Notes: generated by a model from the sequence alone, not told the origin. A stretch of 64,000 bases of DNA from an uncultured virus (IMG/VR IMGVR_UViG_3300046501_000595) (IMGVR_UViG_3300046501_000595); one strand, 5' to 3'. Shown: positions 9,172-18,754, counted from the first letter of the stretch. Made by a program: numbers and translations.

Positions 9172-9969
9172 TCAGGGACAGAAATCCGCGCTTTCACTGA
9201 CCCGGCGTTTTGCATAGATGGCCTGGGCTTTTTCATTGTCCTTCAGAGCGAAGTCCATGAACTCCGTAAGCAGAGGCTCGAGCTTTTGCTTGAGGCCACT
9301 ATCAGCAGGCTCCAGGTAAAGATATGCCTTTGGACTGGCTAGCGCGGCAATCGAGGCCCGGTCAATGCAGTTACCCGTTTCTACGATAAAGTCGATCAGA
9401 TCGTCAGAGAACACCCCATGGCCACGCAAGTCCTCGACTTCCTCGGGGTACTCGAATTCAGGCTGATAGCGGTACCAGTCCGGATGACCTTTGGGGATGA
9501 TGCGATAGTCGGCGCCTTCCAAGAGCTGGTCAGCCGTCATGTCGAGGACGGACATGTCAGGCAGCACGTTCCAGTAATGCAGGCAGATCGGAGTTACGCA
9601 GTCCTTGGCCATGATCGTGCCTGAGGTACGCGCAAAACCGTGGGTGTACTGGATGTAGTCGGAGACCTCATGACACAGCCCTGGAATCGACCACTTCGGC
9701 CCGCCGTAATGCGTAAAGCCTTCGCGTGACTCAAGGCGAGCCCGCAGGAAATCGTCAATCAGCGCCTGGCTGACCAAAGAGCTGGTTTCCGGGGTCTCGC
9801 TACTCAGACGCAAGTAGGAATCCACGTACTCATCACGGTGATCCAGCAGCGTTGCCGCGATCCACGGGTCTTTCATGACCGCGTCTTTGAAGACAACCTT
9901 GGCTTCATCCGGGCCGGCGACTTCTACAGCTATCGTGTTTTCCTGGCCATCTACAAGGTGCAGCTGCAT
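9172..9969 (-). CDS. Transglutaminase/papain-like hypothetical protein
   Basis: GLCHEVS, LHYWNVL, VLDMTADQ give Cys-His-Asp order. Confidence 0.55.
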   Translation of the reverse strand: MQLHLVDGQENTIAVEVAGPDEAKVVFKDAVMKDPWIAATLLDHRDEYVDSYLRLSSETPETSSLVSQALIDDFLRARLESREGFTHYGGPKWSIPGLCHEVSDYIQYTHGFARTSGTIMAKDCVTPICLHYWNVLPDMSVLDMTADQLLEGADYRIIPKGHPDWYRYQPEFEYPEEVEDLRGHGVFSDDLIDFIVETGNCIDRASIAALASPKAYLYLEPADSGLKQKLEPLLTEFMDFALKDNEKAQAIYAKRRVSESADFCP

Positions 9970-10225
9970 GAGTTAGTTCTCTCGAATCTTTCGATCCAGT
10001 CTAGCGACGGAGCGATTAAGCCTACAATCTGAAGGCCAGTCGCCCTTGGTGAATGTGTCAACAAATCGCATCATCCCGACCGCAGGCAGATAACCCCCTG
10101 ATATCTGCACTGCACATTTGTTGACACACAGGTTAATTGCAGGAAATTCATTGGCTTGCGGTGAATACTGCCCAGGAAAAACCTGTCAACGTTGACAGGC
10201 ACATTGCCGGGTTCCGCAGCGTCGG

Positions 10226-11521
10226 TTAGGGCGCCTTTCCATCCCAGAAGTGCAATGGAACTTGTGGCCCATTGCTGAGAATCCAGCCAGTCTTCCCGCC
10301 AATCAAGGTGGTGGCAGCGTGTTTGCGAGCAAATCCAATGTGCTGTGCAGCCAACAAGGCCATATCCCGGATAATGGGTGTGATGGAACTGGAGGACTGG
10401 AACAGTGGCGTGAGGTGGCGACTGGCGGACTGGTAATAGCCAAGGTGTTCACTGCGCCACTCGGAGTACTTCGAGAAAATAGCGGGCCAGTGTACCGCTT
10501 CACCCGAACCAAGGGCCTGGGCAATTGCTCTTGCATCCACGAGGCCCATGTTCGCGCCCTGCCCCAGCTGCGGACTCATGGAGTGAGCACAGTCACCAAT
10601 CGCCAACACCCGGTCGTAATGCCAAGCCGGCATCTCGATGTCGGCGTACGTGGCCAGCGCAAACTGATCTGGCGATTGCAGTTGCTCGAGGAGCGGGTCG
10701 GCCACGGTTCCAACCAACGCCCGTACTTTTTCCTTCCAGCCATCCAGCGTGCCACCGGCGCCGAAAAGTGATGTGTCGGTTTCAACCGGGCGGCTCCAGA
10801 ACAGGCTGCACAGGCGCTTCGTGCTGTTAACCGACTCACCAATCGGCAGGATGCCAAACATCTGATGACTTTGGTTGTACCACTGGCGCAGAACTTGCTC
10901 GTTCAGGCTTTCTGGTAACTCTACAGTCGCCCAGATCGCGCCCCATTTGTAAGGCGATGAGCGATGGTGGATTGGCGCCTTGTATTGAAGTGTTGAGCTA
11001 CGCCCGCTGGCCAGGATAAGGGCGTCATATTCGTCGGCGCCGATCTGGTCATCGGACAAAACCTCCATAACGGCGGCTTTAGCACGCGGTGGCTGTCCTC
11101 GTTCTGCCACGCTGAGCTTAACCTTGGCAGCGCTGGAAAAATCACTGACCTCAACACCAAAGCGGAAACGTACGCCAGAGCGCCTGGCTTCCTCGTACAG
11201 CACTTTTAGGAGAATGCTGCGGTGAATGCCCAGACCGTGGGCCCCTGGCTTCCAGTGCTCATAGCGCGTGTCGAGGATGACTCGCCCAGCAAGCGGCGAC
11301 GTCCCAAATACACCTTTGAGCGGAGCACCCTTGCGCAGGCACTCATCGAGTAGCCCAAGATCCTTCAGCACTGCCATTCCGGAAGGTTGCAGCATGATCC
11401 CTGAACCAACCGCCTCGAGGGTCGGTGCCCGCTCAAAAACATGGACTTCTTGACCAGAACGTTTCAGGTAAATTGACGCGGCCAGACCAGCCACGCCGGC
11501 GCCGACGATTGCTACGGTCAT
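10226..11521 (-). CDS. FAD-dependent monooxygenase (UbiH/salicylate hydroxylase-like)
   Basis: GAGVAG Rossmann motif; IGDCAHSMSPQLGQGANMGLVDA. Confidence 0.92.
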   Translation of the reverse strand: MTVAIVGAGVAGLAASIYLKRSGQEVHVFERAPTLEAVGSGIMLQPSGMAVLKDLGLLDECLRKGAPLKGVFGTSPLAGRVILDTRYEHWKPGAHGLGIHRSILLKVLYEEARRSGVRFRFGVEVSDFSSAAKVKLSVAERGQPPRAKAAVMEVLSDDQIGADEYDALILASGRSSTLQYKAPIHHRSSPYKWGAIWATVELPESLNEQVLRQWYNQSHQMFGILPIGESVNSTKRLCSLFWSRPVETDTSLFGAGGTLDGWKEKVRALVGTVADPLLEQLQSPDQFALATYADIEMPAWHYDRVLAIGDCAHSMSPQLGQGANMGLVDARAIAQALGSGEAVHWPAIFSKYSEWRSEHLGYYQSASRHLTPLFQSSSSITPIIRDMALLAAQHIGFARKHAATTLIGGKTGWILSNGPQVPLHFWDGKAP

Positions 11522-11738
11522 ACAGGTTCCCTTTGATTGATCGTTATTCCGGAAGCCGTCAATTTACACACATTCAATGGAACTCAGAAGCCCGTCTTTC
11601 TTCCATTCTGGTAAAGTTCGCTGATCATTTTGGCAATCGCCTATTGAGCTGCAGTCCAGTATGCCAGGCGCCCTGCTGGCGTTTGACTGCAAAGGCGCCA
11701 CGTCCCTATTTGCCACAAATTACCCTGGAGGATATAGC

Positions 11739-12458
11739 GTGTCGTTCGACTACATGGGAATCAAGCGTATCAAGAACGCGATGGAGTTGAGCCTGACGCC
11801 TGAATGCGCCACCTTCGACCCTTCCGTGCTCGTATGGTGGTTAGACGCCACCCAGGAAATGTACCGACGTGGAAACACCCGTGCGGTGTTCGATGGCCCT
11901 ACCCAGGCGTTCCTCGATAAGAACCGCAAGGCTGCGGAAGACTCCTTTGCCGCATTGTGCACTCCGGGCAGTCTGCTGCTGAAGGCGACCATCACCGCAT
12001 ACGAGACGCACCTATCGAGAGATATTGATAAAAACCTTCTGCTGATAGCCGCCGCTACCGAGCACGCAAAGGCCATCGCAACACTTCCCGTGGCTGAGAA
12101 GACGATCCGATACACGATCAAAAAGCATCGGGATAGCAACGCTCAGAGGGTTTTGACTGTTCGATCAGACGTGCTAAATGACTTTGGTTTCGAGGGTGGC
12201 TGCCTGGCGCTACATGCCTTGACCAAAGCTGTGGGGCGCGACCTGGATAAAAAGGTTTCGGTCTGGAATATTCATGACCTGTTCGCCGGGCGCAGTGGAA
12301 CACGAGTAGCTCCAGAATACGAAGACCAGGTGTTTTTTCTGCACACCTACCTGGTCGAGTACCTGGGCAACAACCTGCCGCTGGCCGAAGTGAAGGAAAA
12401 CCTGGGTGTGATCAAGACCCTGCACGATTACTTTGAAACCCTTGAAATTCCTGGATAG
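11739..12458 (+). CDS. Hypothetical protein, paralog of 32390-33112
   Basis: GGAGG RBS before GTG 11739; shared blocks FDP..V.WL and T[VI]RSDV...FG.E.G. Confidence 0.7.
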   Translation: MSFDYMGIKRIKNAMELSLTPECATFDPSVLVWWLDATQEMYRRGNTRAVFDGPTQAFLDKNRKAAEDSFAALCTPGSLLLKATITAYETHLSRDIDKNLLLIAAATEHAKAIATLPVAEKTIRYTIKKHRDSNAQRVLTVRSDVLNDFGFEGGCLALHALTKAVGRDLDKKVSVWNIHDLFAGRSGTRVAPEYEDQVFFLHTYLVEYLGNNLPLAEVKENLGVIKTLHDYFETLEIPG

Positions 12459-12524
12459 AACCGTCCTTCGCCAGGCCGAAACGATGTCACTGTGATAAAT
12501 TTAGCGCTTTGATCACCCTAAACG

Positions 12525-13538
12525 TTGAAAGGATTCCCTTTGACCAAGCAACCAATTTCTCCTGCCGAGCCTTTGACATCAGTACCCACAGGACTGGGCA
12601 TAACAGTTACCGGTGTCGCTTCCGATGAGTTGGCCCTACGCCTGGGTAAGGCTACTGAAGAGATCCTGATAGCTTCCGGCAAACATCTTGATCTTGCCAC
12701 ACTGGATGGGGTGACGATTGCTGGTGATTACACGCAAGCGTTGAAGGAGCTCGACAGAGGCTATCAGACCACATATGTGCCGACCGCGACAAAGGACATC
12801 GCCACCGGCGTAGCCATGTCGCCCAGGGTGCTTCGAGGTGGCCAGGTGAAAACCCATATCGTGTTGGACGCCGGCACCATCAACCCAATTGCCGACACTA
12901 AGGATCCTGGGTTCCTTCAGGCCTTGTACGTTCTAGCGCACGAATGTGCTCATGTCGAAGTTACGGCGAAATTTGATTCTGCGTTTCCTGGCGAGCTTCT
13001 CAGAAGGGAGTTCCTCTTCATGGAGGGGCTGCAGTGGGATGTGATATTGCCAGCGTGGAACGAGTACGGTGCATGCCGCAAAAGTTTTGGAATTGGCGCT
13101 GATCAGACTGAGGCTTACGAGCAGATCCTGCTCGATTGTCTTGAGAAAACACCAGCTGAAACAAATGCTGCCATCAGTGCTTATCGAAAAGATCTGAAGG
13201 GTGATCAGCTATTGTTCGAGGTCTATCGCGTGCATGGAGACCTGCTTAAGTTCGCAAGCTATTACCTGGGGCACCTCGCTGGCGCCGGTGAATCGTGGGA
13301 AGACAGAGCGCCCACCAACCAGGTACTGGCAGGATCGTGGTTTCATCCATTTTTGAAACGGCTGGATGAGTGCCTCGCCAGCATTTGGGCCGGGTATGGG
13401 GAATGGGCAGATCAATCGGACTTTGAGGAAATCGGCGATATTGTGGATGAGATGACGGAACAAGCAGGCGTCTATTGGATGCCCATGATAGACGGGAGTA
13501 CTCAGGTACAGCTTACGGAAAATGCCTTTTTAGACTGA
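12525..13538 (+). CDS. Putative zinc metallopeptidase (HExxH)
   Basis: LAHECAH with a downstream Glu (WNEYGA). Confidence 0.6.
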   Translation: MKGFPLTKQPISPAEPLTSVPTGLGITVTGVASDELALRLGKATEEILIASGKHLDLATLDGVTIAGDYTQALKELDRGYQTTYVPTATKDIATGVAMSPRVLRGGQVKTHIVLDAGTINPIADTKDPGFLQALYVLAHECAHVEVTAKFDSAFPGELLRREFLFMEGLQWDVILPAWNEYGACRKSFGIGADQTEAYEQILLDCLEKTPAETNAAISAYRKDLKGDQLLFEVYRVHGDLLKFASYYLGHLAGAGESWEDRAPTNQVLAGSWFHPFLKRLDECLASIWAGYGEWADQSDFEEIGDIVDEMTEQAGVYWMPMIDGSTQVQLTENAFLD

Positions 13539-13556
13539 CGCGCAGCTACAAAAAAC

Positions 13557-13590
13557 AAACCCCGGAGGTTGGCCCACCGGGGTTATTTTA
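13557..13590. terminator. Bidirectional rho-independent terminator
   Basis: AACCCCGG...CCGGGGTT stem flanked by A and T tracts between convergent genes. Confidence 0.7.
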
Positions 13591-13731
13591 TGTTCCCGCT
13601 GTCACCCACCATCCGGTTGGAAGAGAACATGGGTCAATCCTATCAGAGCAATGCGTCCAAATCATGTCGGACTGCCACATCTGCCCACCGCTTGGGCGAT
13701 TGCAACAGTTGAACATGTCAGGCCGATGCGT

Positions 13732-14571
13732 CTACCTCATCAATCCTGGGGCACTTTCGTAGTGACGCATGACCTTCCTTTCTACACCCTCACGGGCAAC
13801 GACAATTCCATCCTTGTTAGCGACTAAATTCCTTTCGGAATCAGGCAGATCCTCTCCACGTTTTTGAGTGAGGACTACTTTTTCCGGGCCAAGCAGATTT
13901 ACGTAACCTGTAAAAGCATGGCCTGAAGCACTCAGCACAGATAGGTCAAAATCAGGTGAGATGGCTTTGGTCGCTTTGGATAGCTTGTTCAAAACGGTGC
14001 AAACTGATTTTGCCAATCCTGCGACAGCTACAGCATCGTCTGGTCGCAGGTCTTTCCCCTGTCCAGCCATAAAGGCATCGACCACCTCGGTGACCTCGCG
14101 TTTGAACTCAGCGCCATCCTCAGGCGTGATCGTGCGTGGAATGGCGAACAATATCTCGCCGGCCTCATGTTCAGTCAGCTGCTTCAGTCGCCCACCGGTT
14201 TTCAATTCGTCATGGACAACGGTGAAAAGCTTGGCCTGATTGTCAATGTGCGCCGACACGTACATCAGGGTAATCTCGCCTGGCAAGTATTGGCCCCACG
14301 GCTTGATGAGGTCTTCTATGAGGTGCTCAGACATGCCCCTGAGCTCTGTCTCACCGGTAATCGTCTTATCACGTAAGTATGAAAGGGACGTATCCATGGC
14401 TGAGCCACTTCCACCTGAGACCGTACTGAAGTTGTTGTTCTGGTGAACCTTTACGTAATCGACATGTTTGATCACCCTTGGTTGACCAGGGACGTACTTA
14501 TCCGAGAAAACGTACTTATCCGCGATGAGCATCGTTTGAGAACCCAGATGCATGGCCACCAAAATCGTCAT
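13732..14571 (-). CDS. Possible Ntn-hydrolase / proteasome-beta-like protein
   Basis: N-terminus M-T-ILVAM...LIADK with a later Lys and GSGS, resembling Thr-nucleophile beta subunits. Confidence 0.45.
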   Translation of the reverse strand: MTILVAMHLGSQTMLIADKYVFSDKYVPGQPRVIKHVDYVKVHQNNNFSTVSGGSGSAMDTSLSYLRDKTITGETELRGMSEHLIEDLIKPWGQYLPGEITLMYVSAHIDNQAKLFTVVHDELKTGGRLKQLTEHEAGEILFAIPRTITPEDGAEFKREVTEVVDAFMAGQGKDLRPDDAVAVAGLAKSVCTVLNKLSKATKAISPDFDLSVLSASGHAFTGYVNLLGPEKVVLTQKRGEDLPDSERNLVANKDGIVVAREGVERKVMRHYESAPGLMR

Positions 14572-14638
14572 TCTTAACCCAATCCCATCAAAATTGCCGG
14601 TGCTACCGTATTCCTAGAGCTTATCAGCGGAGCTACCG

Positions 14639-14773
14639 CTACAGCGAGACCCTGAACCCAACGCACCAGAGATCGATCCTGGCAAACCAGGTGCCATCGT
14701 GCTTACCCACGCCGGCGCGGATCATACGGTTTTTGGGGTCGAGCGGAATTTTTGCGAACTTCAGGTTCTGCAT
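14639..14773 (-). CDS. Small protein (44 aa)
   Basis: GAGG RBS and A-rich leader before ATG 14773. Confidence 0.55.
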   Translation of the reverse strand: MQNLKFAKIPLDPKNRMIRAGVGKHDGTWFARIDLWCVGFRVSL

Positions 14774-14861
14774 GGCAGCCTCGTTATTTTTATTGTTATG
14801 TGGGCACAAGCAATGCGCTTTCTTAGGGCGCAACCAAGGGAGTCATGCGCTCCCTATGGTC

Positions 14862-15281
14862 TTAAAATGATGGAGAAGGATCCTCTGACTTCAGGGATTT
14901 TTCCTGCATGGCCAAGATCGTCTTGACCGGATTACCCTTAACCTCAATGACGCCCTGGAGCTCGATGCCGAGCTTGCTCGCGGCGAACCACCGGTGATGT
15001 CCATCTTCAAGCGAGAACACGCCGTGGTCGTCGACAGAGACCTCCACAGGCTCATCGAAACAGACCGACCGTACCCAGTCCATGCCGCTCTGCTCGAACT
15101 TGTACTCTGGGTTGACCAGGTCGTCTTTCCACTTGATCTTCAGCTCCCTGGGCTTGAACGAGCAAATTTCGCCACCCTTGCAGCCGTAAGCCATGAGATC
15201 GAGCTCGTCGACGTCCATTTCCTCCAGCTCACGCTGGGTGTAGATCTTGCCACCCGTTCCGGTGGGACGTGGTTTGCTCAC
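14862..15281 (-). CDS. ParB/Srx-like N-terminal domain protein
   Basis: PVEV...LEDGHHRWFAA motif; tail EDPSPSF. Confidence 0.7.
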   Translation of the reverse strand: MSKPRPTGTGGKIYTQRELEEMDVDELDLMAYGCKGGEICSFKPRELKIKWKDDLVNPEYKFEQSGMDWVRSVCFDEPVEVSVDDHGVFSLEDGHHRWFAASKLGIELQGVIEVKGNPVKTILAMQEKSLKSEDPSPSF

Positions 15282-16027
15282 AACGAAGGCCCTTCATCAT
15301 CGTAGGTGTGGCGCCTGGCACGGGTACTGGTGACTTCAGGCTCATCAGGTTCATCGGATTCATGTTCGAAACTAGCACGGAATGCCTTGCCGTCGTCAGA
15401 CAGGCTCTCTGAGTGTTCGATGTGGCCATAAACTTCCTGGGCGCGGTTGAGAAGCTCCGTAGCAAGCCCTTGTCGGCGCATATCGTTGGCCACGTAGATT
15501 TGGTCGATGACACCATCCTCAATTCGCAGGCCGGCTACCACCTCCCCGTCACGATAGAGTCGGAAGCGCGGACAGTCAGCCATGACCATGTCCAGGTCAT
15601 AGTCGATTTCGACCACTTCACCCTCATACCCGTAAGCACCACCGATGCGGGCGTCATTCGGCTTCAGCAGCACCCTGGCGGCGCCGTTGTCGATCATCAG
15701 CTCGTGGGCGAGTCTGTCGAGAGGTTCAACGAATGTTGGTGGCAGACCGTCATGGGTAAAGAAGAACTCGAAGCCAGCCCGCTGCATGAAGACGACAGGT
15801 TCAGCATCAGTTTCAACCTTGTAGGCGCCAGCCCATTCGTCAACGGCGATGTAGTCATCCAGCGTCTCCCCGTCTTCAAGCAAGCCACTGAGGTCACAAA
15901 CCTCAGAGAACTCATCAAATTGGATGCGCTCAGCCTTAGCCACCAGAGAATGCCAGACCTGGTCGCCTTCGTCGTTTACGCGCAGACGGTTACAGGAAAG
16001 CGCGTACTGGAGTTTGTTGTCGGTCAT
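15278..16027 (-). CDS. GNAT-domain protein
   Basis: IYVANDMRRQGLATELL acetyl-CoA motif and LSDDGKAF; tail RRHTYDDEGPSL. Confidence 0.75.
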   Translation of the reverse strand: MTDNKLQYALSCNRLRVNDEGDQVWHSLVAKAERIQFDEFSEVCDLSGLLEDGETLDDYIAVDEWAGAYKVETDAEPVVFMQRAGFEFFFTHDGLPPTFVEPLDRLAHELMIDNGAARVLLKPNDARIGGAYGYEGEVVEIDYDLDMVMADCPRFRLYRDGEVVAGLRIEDGVIDQIYVANDMRRQGLATELLNRAQEVYGHIEHSESLSDDGKAFRASFEHESDEPDEPEVTSTRARRHTYDDEGPSL

Positions 16028-16218
16028 GAGACTAAATCTTCGGAGGTATCGTGCGTTAATCCATCATAGGGGGTGAGTGCAGGATTCTGGAAGCGCTCAA
16101 GCGTATCTGCCGGTTACCCGTCTCAAGCTGGTTGACGCGCAAGAGACTGAAAAACATAGGTGTTTGATATCCCTTGTGATCTTGAAGAAATGCTGACCAG
16201 GAATGTTTTGTGCGGCCA

Positions 16219-16322
16219 TGAAAAAGGCCACCCTTGCGAGGTGGCCTTAGCTTCAAACTTCCTTGCCCTTGGATCTTCAGTGGTGCTCTTAACCTGCTGA
16301 CGATGTAGCCCAAGCGCCTACA
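16219..16322 (-). ncRNA. Candidate sRNA, about 100 nt (or long yccF 3' UTR)
   Basis: TAGACA-18 nt-TACTCT with TG extension (16357-16328); terminator AAGGCCACC-TCGCAAG-GGTGGCCTTTTT. Confidence 0.4.
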
Positions 16323-16357
16323 CCTTCAGAGTACACATGCCGAACATGTGGTGTCTA

Positions 16358-16819
16358 TCAGGCGCTGGTGCGCATCGCAGAAACCGCTGCCTCGGCATTG
16401 GCCCGGCGAGCAGCTTCCGCCACTTCCTTCAGGACAACGGTTTTACCGATAGGCGCCAGGGAGATCCCTGCCAGCTTCAGGTGCTGAATGCCGAACGGGA
16501 TACCGATGATGCTGATGAAGCACAGAATGGCCGAGCCGACGTGACCCAGCGCCAGCCAGATGCCGGCGAACAGGAACCAGATAATGTTGCCCAGCATGCC
16601 AAAGCCACTGCTGCCGATGTCGTCAGTCTGGCTCAGCTCTTTGCGGCTAACCGCCTCTTTCCCGAACGGAAAGAACGAGAACTGGCCGATGACGAAGCAC
16701 GCCCTGCCCCACGGGATGCCCACGATGGTAAGGAACGCGATGAGACCGATGAACCACCAGGCCAGACCCATAACGATCCCGCCCAGGATGAACCACAGAA
16801 AATTGCCAATTGCGCGCAT
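16358..16819 (-). CDS. yccF: YccF-domain inner membrane protein
   Basis: Duplicated GNxxWFxxGG...IxGIP[WF]G...P[FI]GK domain. Confidence 0.92.
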   Translation of the reverse strand: MRAIGNFLWFILGGIVMGLAWWFIGLIAFLTIVGIPWGRACFVIGQFSFFPFGKEAVSRKELSQTDDIGSSGFGMLGNIIWFLFAGIWLALGHVGSAILCFISIIGIPFGIQHLKLAGISLAPIGKTVVLKEVAEAARRANAEAAVSAMRTSA

Positions 16820-16879
16820 TGCATGTTCCCTATGCCGGTATTGTCCCGACAAACAGTGTGAAAGAGATTGGTGATCTAC

Positions 16880-17230
16880 CTAAGCTTGGCCACCGACCAC
16901 AGCTTCGTTCTGCCATTTTAGGAAAACCCGCATCTGAAAAGCCAAGCTTTTTTCCGGAGTTAGCCCGGTCACATCCGATAGGAAGTTCACACAGTCGTCA
17001 GCGCTGAGCAGGCGTTGGCCATCACTATCGCACTTGACCATATGGGCGTAGGTCACCTTGTCCTGCTCCAGCACTTCCGCATCCGCTGTGCTCACGGAGA
17101 CTCCGCACAAGTGCAGGTAGCGATCCATGGCTTTCTCAAGGCTTTCAATGGCCCAGGGCATCAAGGCCGCGAGGATGTTGTCAGCCTGTTGAATGGACAT
17201 GGCCAACACTTCAGAAATTGGACGGGTCAT
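16880..17230 (-). CDS. Hypothetical protein (paralog family B)
   Basis: RYL...DCVNFLSDVTGL pattern shared with 27824-28153 and the N-terminus of 28300-29799. Confidence 0.7.
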   Translation of the reverse strand: MTRPISEVLAMSIQQADNILAALMPWAIESLEKAMDRYLHLCGVSVSTADAEVLEQDKVTYAHMVKCDSDGQRLLSADDCVNFLSDVTGLTPEKSLAFQMRVFLKWQNEAVVGGQA

Positions 17231-17243
17231 CGGTAATGCCTTC

Positions 17244-17471
17244 TCAGAATGAATGTTTGGCCAGCTGGTGCTTGCGGTCTTCCAACTGCTCGGCGGTCAC
17301 GTAGCGGCCACGCTGTAGATTGAGGTTGCTGCGGGAGTATGAGCGAACGAGCCTTTGGGCCACTGCCGTCTGAGTGACCTCGCTACTGTTCGCAGGGATG
17401 ACGACAAGCGACGGGAGCAGCGCCCGCACAATGCGCCTGAGCAAAAGTGAGTTTTTGATGCGACGAACCAT
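17244..17471 (-). CDS. Small basic hypothetical protein
   Basis: AGGAG RBS before MVRRIK. Confidence 0.6.
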   Translation of the reverse strand: MVRRIKNSLLLRRIVRALLPSLVVIPANSSEVTQTAVAQRLVRSYSRSNLNLQRGRYVTAEQLEDRKHQLAKHSF

Positions 17472-17527
17472 GATTCGGTACTCCTGTATTCGCTGTAAGC
17501 GGGCCGACGAGCCCGCCAAAGTCATGC

Positions 17528-18403
17528 TTAGCCCATCGTAGGCTCATCGTCGTGCCATGGGCGAGCAGAGAACTGCACGAAATCTTTCTCGTTTTTGTAG
17601 CTGAGGCCGGCCTCGGCCATATCGATCAACCACCATTTCCCATGGCGATCTTTGAGGAAATCAACGCTCCAGTCTCCTTCGAGGTGGTCGGTGACACACT
17701 CTGTCGCTAGCATCAGTTTCTTTCTCTCGAAAGTTGAAAGCCTGCTGATGTCCGAAAGCTTTGCCTTCCAGTCTTGAATGCTCGGTTCCTTTATGGAGTC
17801 CTCCGGCCAGTATGGCTGGTAGCCTTGAACCTTTCCTTTACCGCCGAAGAAACGGAACTCCTGGGTGATCGGCATACCTCCGAACGCATGGAAGGCCGGA
17901 CTTGTTTCGAGCATTTGGCGAATGAGCAATGATGGGGACATTGGGTAAGGACTGAACCCTTGATACCCAACAATATTTGCCAATTGTTGGATGATCACTG
18001 TTCGGTCGGCGCTTGCCAGGCAGCAGCTACGGCTCCAGTCATGCTTGTGACTGGTGTAACTCGTTTTGATGAACAAAGGGAAGCCGTGCTTGGCACCCAT
18101 TTCTTCGACGACCTTGACGATGGCGTCGATGTTTTCAATGGCCTCTGGGGATAGGTCGTACCCTTCCAGAAAGGCTTCCTGTAATTCGAATGTCAGCGGC
18201 ACAGTCATGGTGTCTGGAGCGCGCACGCCGGCCTTCTCGACTGCTGGCGCCCAGTTCTCATAGGCCGTTGGCGCAGTTCTGCACCGCTCAAGCATCTTCT
18301 CTTTCATGTTCGGATCTGGCTCAGGTAACACCAGGTCGAAGAGTGAAAGGTCAAATGGTTTGTCACTCATAGGGCTCTCCGGGTTTGACATAGGGGTCAA
18401 CAA
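17528..18403 (-). CDS. ATP-grasp protein (R2K/Cdc123-like)
   Basis: FPLFIKT..S.KH, QEFRFF, WSVDF...WWLIDM; tail WHDDEPTMG. Confidence 0.7.
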   Translation of the reverse strand: MLTPMSNPESPMSDKPFDLSLFDLVLPEPDPNMKEKMLERCRTAPTAYENWAPAVEKAGVRAPDTMTVPLTFELQEAFLEGYDLSPEAIENIDAIVKVVEEMGAKHGFPLFIKTSYTSHKHDWSRSCCLASADRTVIIQQLANIVGYQGFSPYPMSPSLLIRQMLETSPAFHAFGGMPITQEFRFFGGKGKVQGYQPYWPEDSIKEPSIQDWKAKLSDISRLSTFERKKLMLATECVTDHLEGDWSVDFLKDRHGKWWLIDMAEAGLSYKNEKDFVQFSARPWHDDEPTMG

Positions 18404-18520
18404 AACTTAAGGTTGCGTCCCTGCTTGGCAGGCAACATATTGAAATACTTGAGGATTCAGTGCTGGCATGCGTGCCGGCAGCGGCTGAGTCCATACCGGA
18501 AGATTTTGCTGGAGACTGAT

Positions 18521-18754
18521 ATGGCCATCCCATGCCCTATCTGCGACAAGGGAACCCTTGTTGAGAAACAGGAACACCACACCGTCCCTTATAAGGGATT
18601 CTTCCTCAACGTCCCTCTGGTCTATTCCCACTGCACTCAATGTGAGGCAGATGTTGCCACGGGTGACCAGCTTCTACAAAACAAGAATGCGTGTCTGGAA
18701 ATGAAGACCGACGTCAGTGTACACATCAACCAGATGATGGCCTCGAGTTTCTGA
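18521..18754 (+). CDS. MqsA/YgiT-type zinc-finger protein without HTH
   Basis: CPIC..G.L...YKG...V...CTQC; GGAG RBS. Confidence 0.75.
   Translation: MAIPCPICDKGTLVEKQEHHTVPYKGFFLNVPLVYSHCTQCEADVATGDQLLQNKNACLEMKTDVSVHINQMMASSF

Noticed and set aside
10226..11521. TetX-like resistance gene
   Set aside because: Only generic flavoprotein monooxygenase motifs are visible; the substrate cannot be inferred
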